The notes under the pieces: model-generated | Database searches by the model: none | The model's input: the letters and a program-made list of their open reading frames with translations, nothing else | Told to the model about the DNA's origin: nothing | Position numbers and translations under genes: made by a program | In this document: in pieces, positions 60,920-64,000 of the stretch | Layout: each line of letters begins with the position of its first letter | How positions within the stretch are numbered: the stretch's first letter is position 1 | NCBI RefSeq assembly: GCF_003918875.1 | Contig: NW_025767035.1 | Location: forward strand, 3,410,001-3,474,000 | Direction: 5' to 3' | DNA: 64,000 bases | DNA from: Haliotis rubra | Taxonomy: Eukaryota

Positions 60920-63900
60920 ATTTTGGACACAATCTGAAAGTAGAAATGCGGTTTCTTTTTGACTCAAAAAGACTGGGTAAAAGTTATAAAGCAACACAAT
61001 TAACGCTCTAGAAAACATAAATAATAAATCGTTTACATCCACACATACCATAAAAAGTGATTGACAGGAGACTCAGAACAGAACACAATCGACTGGATTT
61101 GTTTGGAAAATATATTTGATGCACTGATGCGTTCTTGAATGGATACGCATTGCGTTATACATTGTAGTCGTGCATCGAATTTAACATTCCCCCAATGTTA
61201 GACAAGATTTAAAGCCTTTATAACAGAAACTTAATATCTGATAATGAGTCACATTTTGGCGTCCGATGTTAAGTTCCCCAAATAAACATGGTTGGTGGAA
61301 TTGGAATAATCAAAAGTTCATCATGGCTCCACTTTACTGCTTGCGCATCCCTTTTAGCAGATTCTTGCACTGTCAATGCTTATGTTATGTATAAAACAAG
61401 TCAAAAGTTCCCATATTATCTCAGCCGAGCTGTACCAAAGATATGAACATATATACCTCCAGTGTCTATAGTATTTCATGATGAGGTTTCTTTTGAAGCC
61501 TGGTATTTAACTGTGGTTGTGCCAACCAGTGGGGTTGTTACAGGAGAGAAGTATATCACAATGGCACGGTGCCACAACAACGTGACCCACAAGGTGGTGA
61601 TTAATTCGACTGATTTTCACATATTATGTTTTCCATATTATGACGATTTTCAAATGTTAAACCATATATGGCAGCTATATGGCATTGTATAGCAACGTTG
61701 CATTTGTATTACACTGTTTTAGATACATTTCAGGACAACATTGTTTCAATAACAATTGGCCAACGCTGATATTTTATGTAAGCAGTACTGTTTAAGATAT
61801 CATATACTTAGAAGATAAACCTACTGTGTGGGAAAATCAGAGGTATATAACCAAATTATAATAGCTCTAAATTTCATTTAAAACCGAACGCGTAGCCATG
61901 ACAATTTTATGAACAATTTCAGGTGCAGCTCTTTCTTTGGTTACGAGTCAATACGTGAAGCGGCCTCGCATTCCAATCTCAAGTGGCATCGCCCGAAACG
62001 GGGTGATTGGTGGCAAACCGTCAATGACTAACAAACTCCAGATTCAGTAATAACAAATCACGTTTTGTTTTTTTCAATGCATCAATCACCAATCATTAAC
62101 TGATAAGTTGGAAAACATATATCAAATAAGTTTAAAAAGCTTGGTTCACATTTGAAAATTCCACCGTAGACCCTTTCCCCACCAGAATAATGGCAGCAAC
62201 CTCATGGCCTTGACCTTTTCTCGGAAGTCATTGTTTACATTTACGTGCAAATTTGGAAAGATGCGACAGGAGAGCCTCTGACAGTTTGCGCAAGGTTAAC
62301 CCGATTGTATGACTGAGATAGTCTTTGATATCTAATTACTGGTACTGGTACAAAATACAAGAGTAGAGGCGGTTTTGCTGTAACGAGAAGTCCGTGTTGT
62401 ACCGAATATGGATACTGTTGAATTTTGCGCCCTGTCAACTTGACGATTTCATGCACCTCTACGTCAGCGTGCGACAGCTGTGGTGACTCTTACACACTCA
62501 TGTGTGTACTTTGTGCTCAAATTCGATTCTACAGATATTATTTTCTACATTTTGGAAAGTGTTTTGTGACCTAGTGGCTTCAAAGTGTAGTGAATTCAAA
62601 TTGAATTGGATTCGCTGGCATGTTCGCGAGTCTGTTGACAAAGAGCCAGATTTGTGGTGATATTTCCGAAAGGATGGATCAGGACATGAGGGTGTACCTC
62701 TGGCATAAACACGGTAAGGTAATTAATTATACTTTAATAGACTACTTAGATCAAGCAGTGTAATGGATAAGAGGGATAATGACTAAGCTAAATAACTTTT
62801 TCAACGATATTATATCGATACTTTTAGAAAAAGAATATGTTGGGCTAAACAGAACGGTTTGCAGATTCTGTAATTGTGTTTTACTACCGCTAAATTTGAA
62901 ACAGTACAAATTTCAAAATATCATTTTGTTTGAATTGATAACCCAACTGTTTATTTATGTGGACGGAAGGCATTAAAATTTCTTCGGCGTTCGATGTTAA
63001 TGCATCCTCCGTTATCGGATCAAGATCAGCGGCGATATCGTTGACGAAAGCTGATAATAAATTTAACACGGAAATTATGTAGCAGTCTATTGCTGGATCT
63101 ATTCTGACATAACATAGACTCAACGTAAACATATTTGTTTTTGCTGAATTTTTATTCGGAAAGCAGACGATGTTTTGATCTTGTTCGACTGAATATTTGT
63201 TTCCATGCTTTCGAAGTACTTTTGTATGTATAAGCACCTATTGCTGTGATTTACGCAAGTAGTGAGTCGAGCCCGTCATCGCTAAATCCATCTTTAAAGA
63301 CATATGTGTAATTTCCGACAGCAAAATCGCCGTAATTTATCGATGCATCGGTAGGTTGTTTGGTGTCCGCCATGTTGGTGGGCAGACAAAAATAGTGCAT
63401 TACCGTAAACCATGTATGATTGCGCACGGAAAATCAGAGACTTGTATAACGTGATAATATACCTCTGAATGACTTTAAGCTTCACTTCACTTATTCGCTG
63501 GTTTTCTACACTGATGGTAACACCGTGGTGTGTGTTGGAAAGTGCAATTGCTGTATCCTAGGCCTCAGATGTTTAAAATGTTCATGAACCATTTAACACA
63601 GTGATGGAAAATGAAAGTGGCAAGAAGGGTTTATTTATTACACCTGTTTTTCATAATGTGTTTCCTATATTAACAGATGTGTGCAGATGGTGTATCAGCC
63701 TTTTCAGACACATGTAATCAGTTGCAGAAGAAGAATAACAAACCTTTTACTTTATCAAGAAACACAGATACAAAACAAAATCAAAACAAAAACAAAGTTA
63801 TTGTGTTCAGGACTGGTAGTCCTCTTCGCTGTTATGATATTTTAATGAGGAACAAACCGAAACTTAAGTACTTGGGTTGCACCTAAGCAGAACAAGCTGA

Positions 63901-64000
63901 CACATTCTAATATATTTTTCAAAGAGGGTTTGTAAATATATGCTGCACTGACCTTTTCAAAATATTTGATGCAATGACACTTATTTTATCTCATGGCTCA

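Noticed and set aside
62675-62722. Possible first coding exon of a further plus-strand gene (MDQDMRVYLWHKH then GTAAG)
   Set aside because: No downstream exon or homology can be supported within the window.

Overview
Eukaryotic, intron-containing animal DNA. The SINE/LINE repertoire suggests a mollusc, probably a gastropod such as abalone (inference). Host genes read by hand: the 5' part of POMT2 (minus strand, 3 coding exons, continuing off the left edge); a complete 8-exon zeta-class GST (GSTZ1-like, plus strand, 207 aa) head-to-head with POMT2; three tandem SLC46-family MFS transporter genes (minus strand, 6 coding exons, 485 aa each, the third with frameshifts); and a decayed GSTZ exon-4 relic. 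The rest is repeat-rich: a >4.3 kb 33-bp satellite built from the POMT2 exon-3 splice donor, a full-length 6.1 kb I/Nimb-group LINE nested in a Tc1 transposon inside an SLC46 intron, several SINE families sharing the LINE 3' tail, MITEs, Tc1 and L1/Tx1 relics, and a Polinton/Maverick-like remnant. The most notable signals are a compact HDV-like ribozyme fold whose predicted cleavage site coincides with the LINE 5' end, the splice-donor satellite, and the POMT2/GSTZ1 divergent pair that mirrors the human arrangement. Most short ORFs in the supplied track are spurious. Coordinates were counted by eye and may be off by a few bases.
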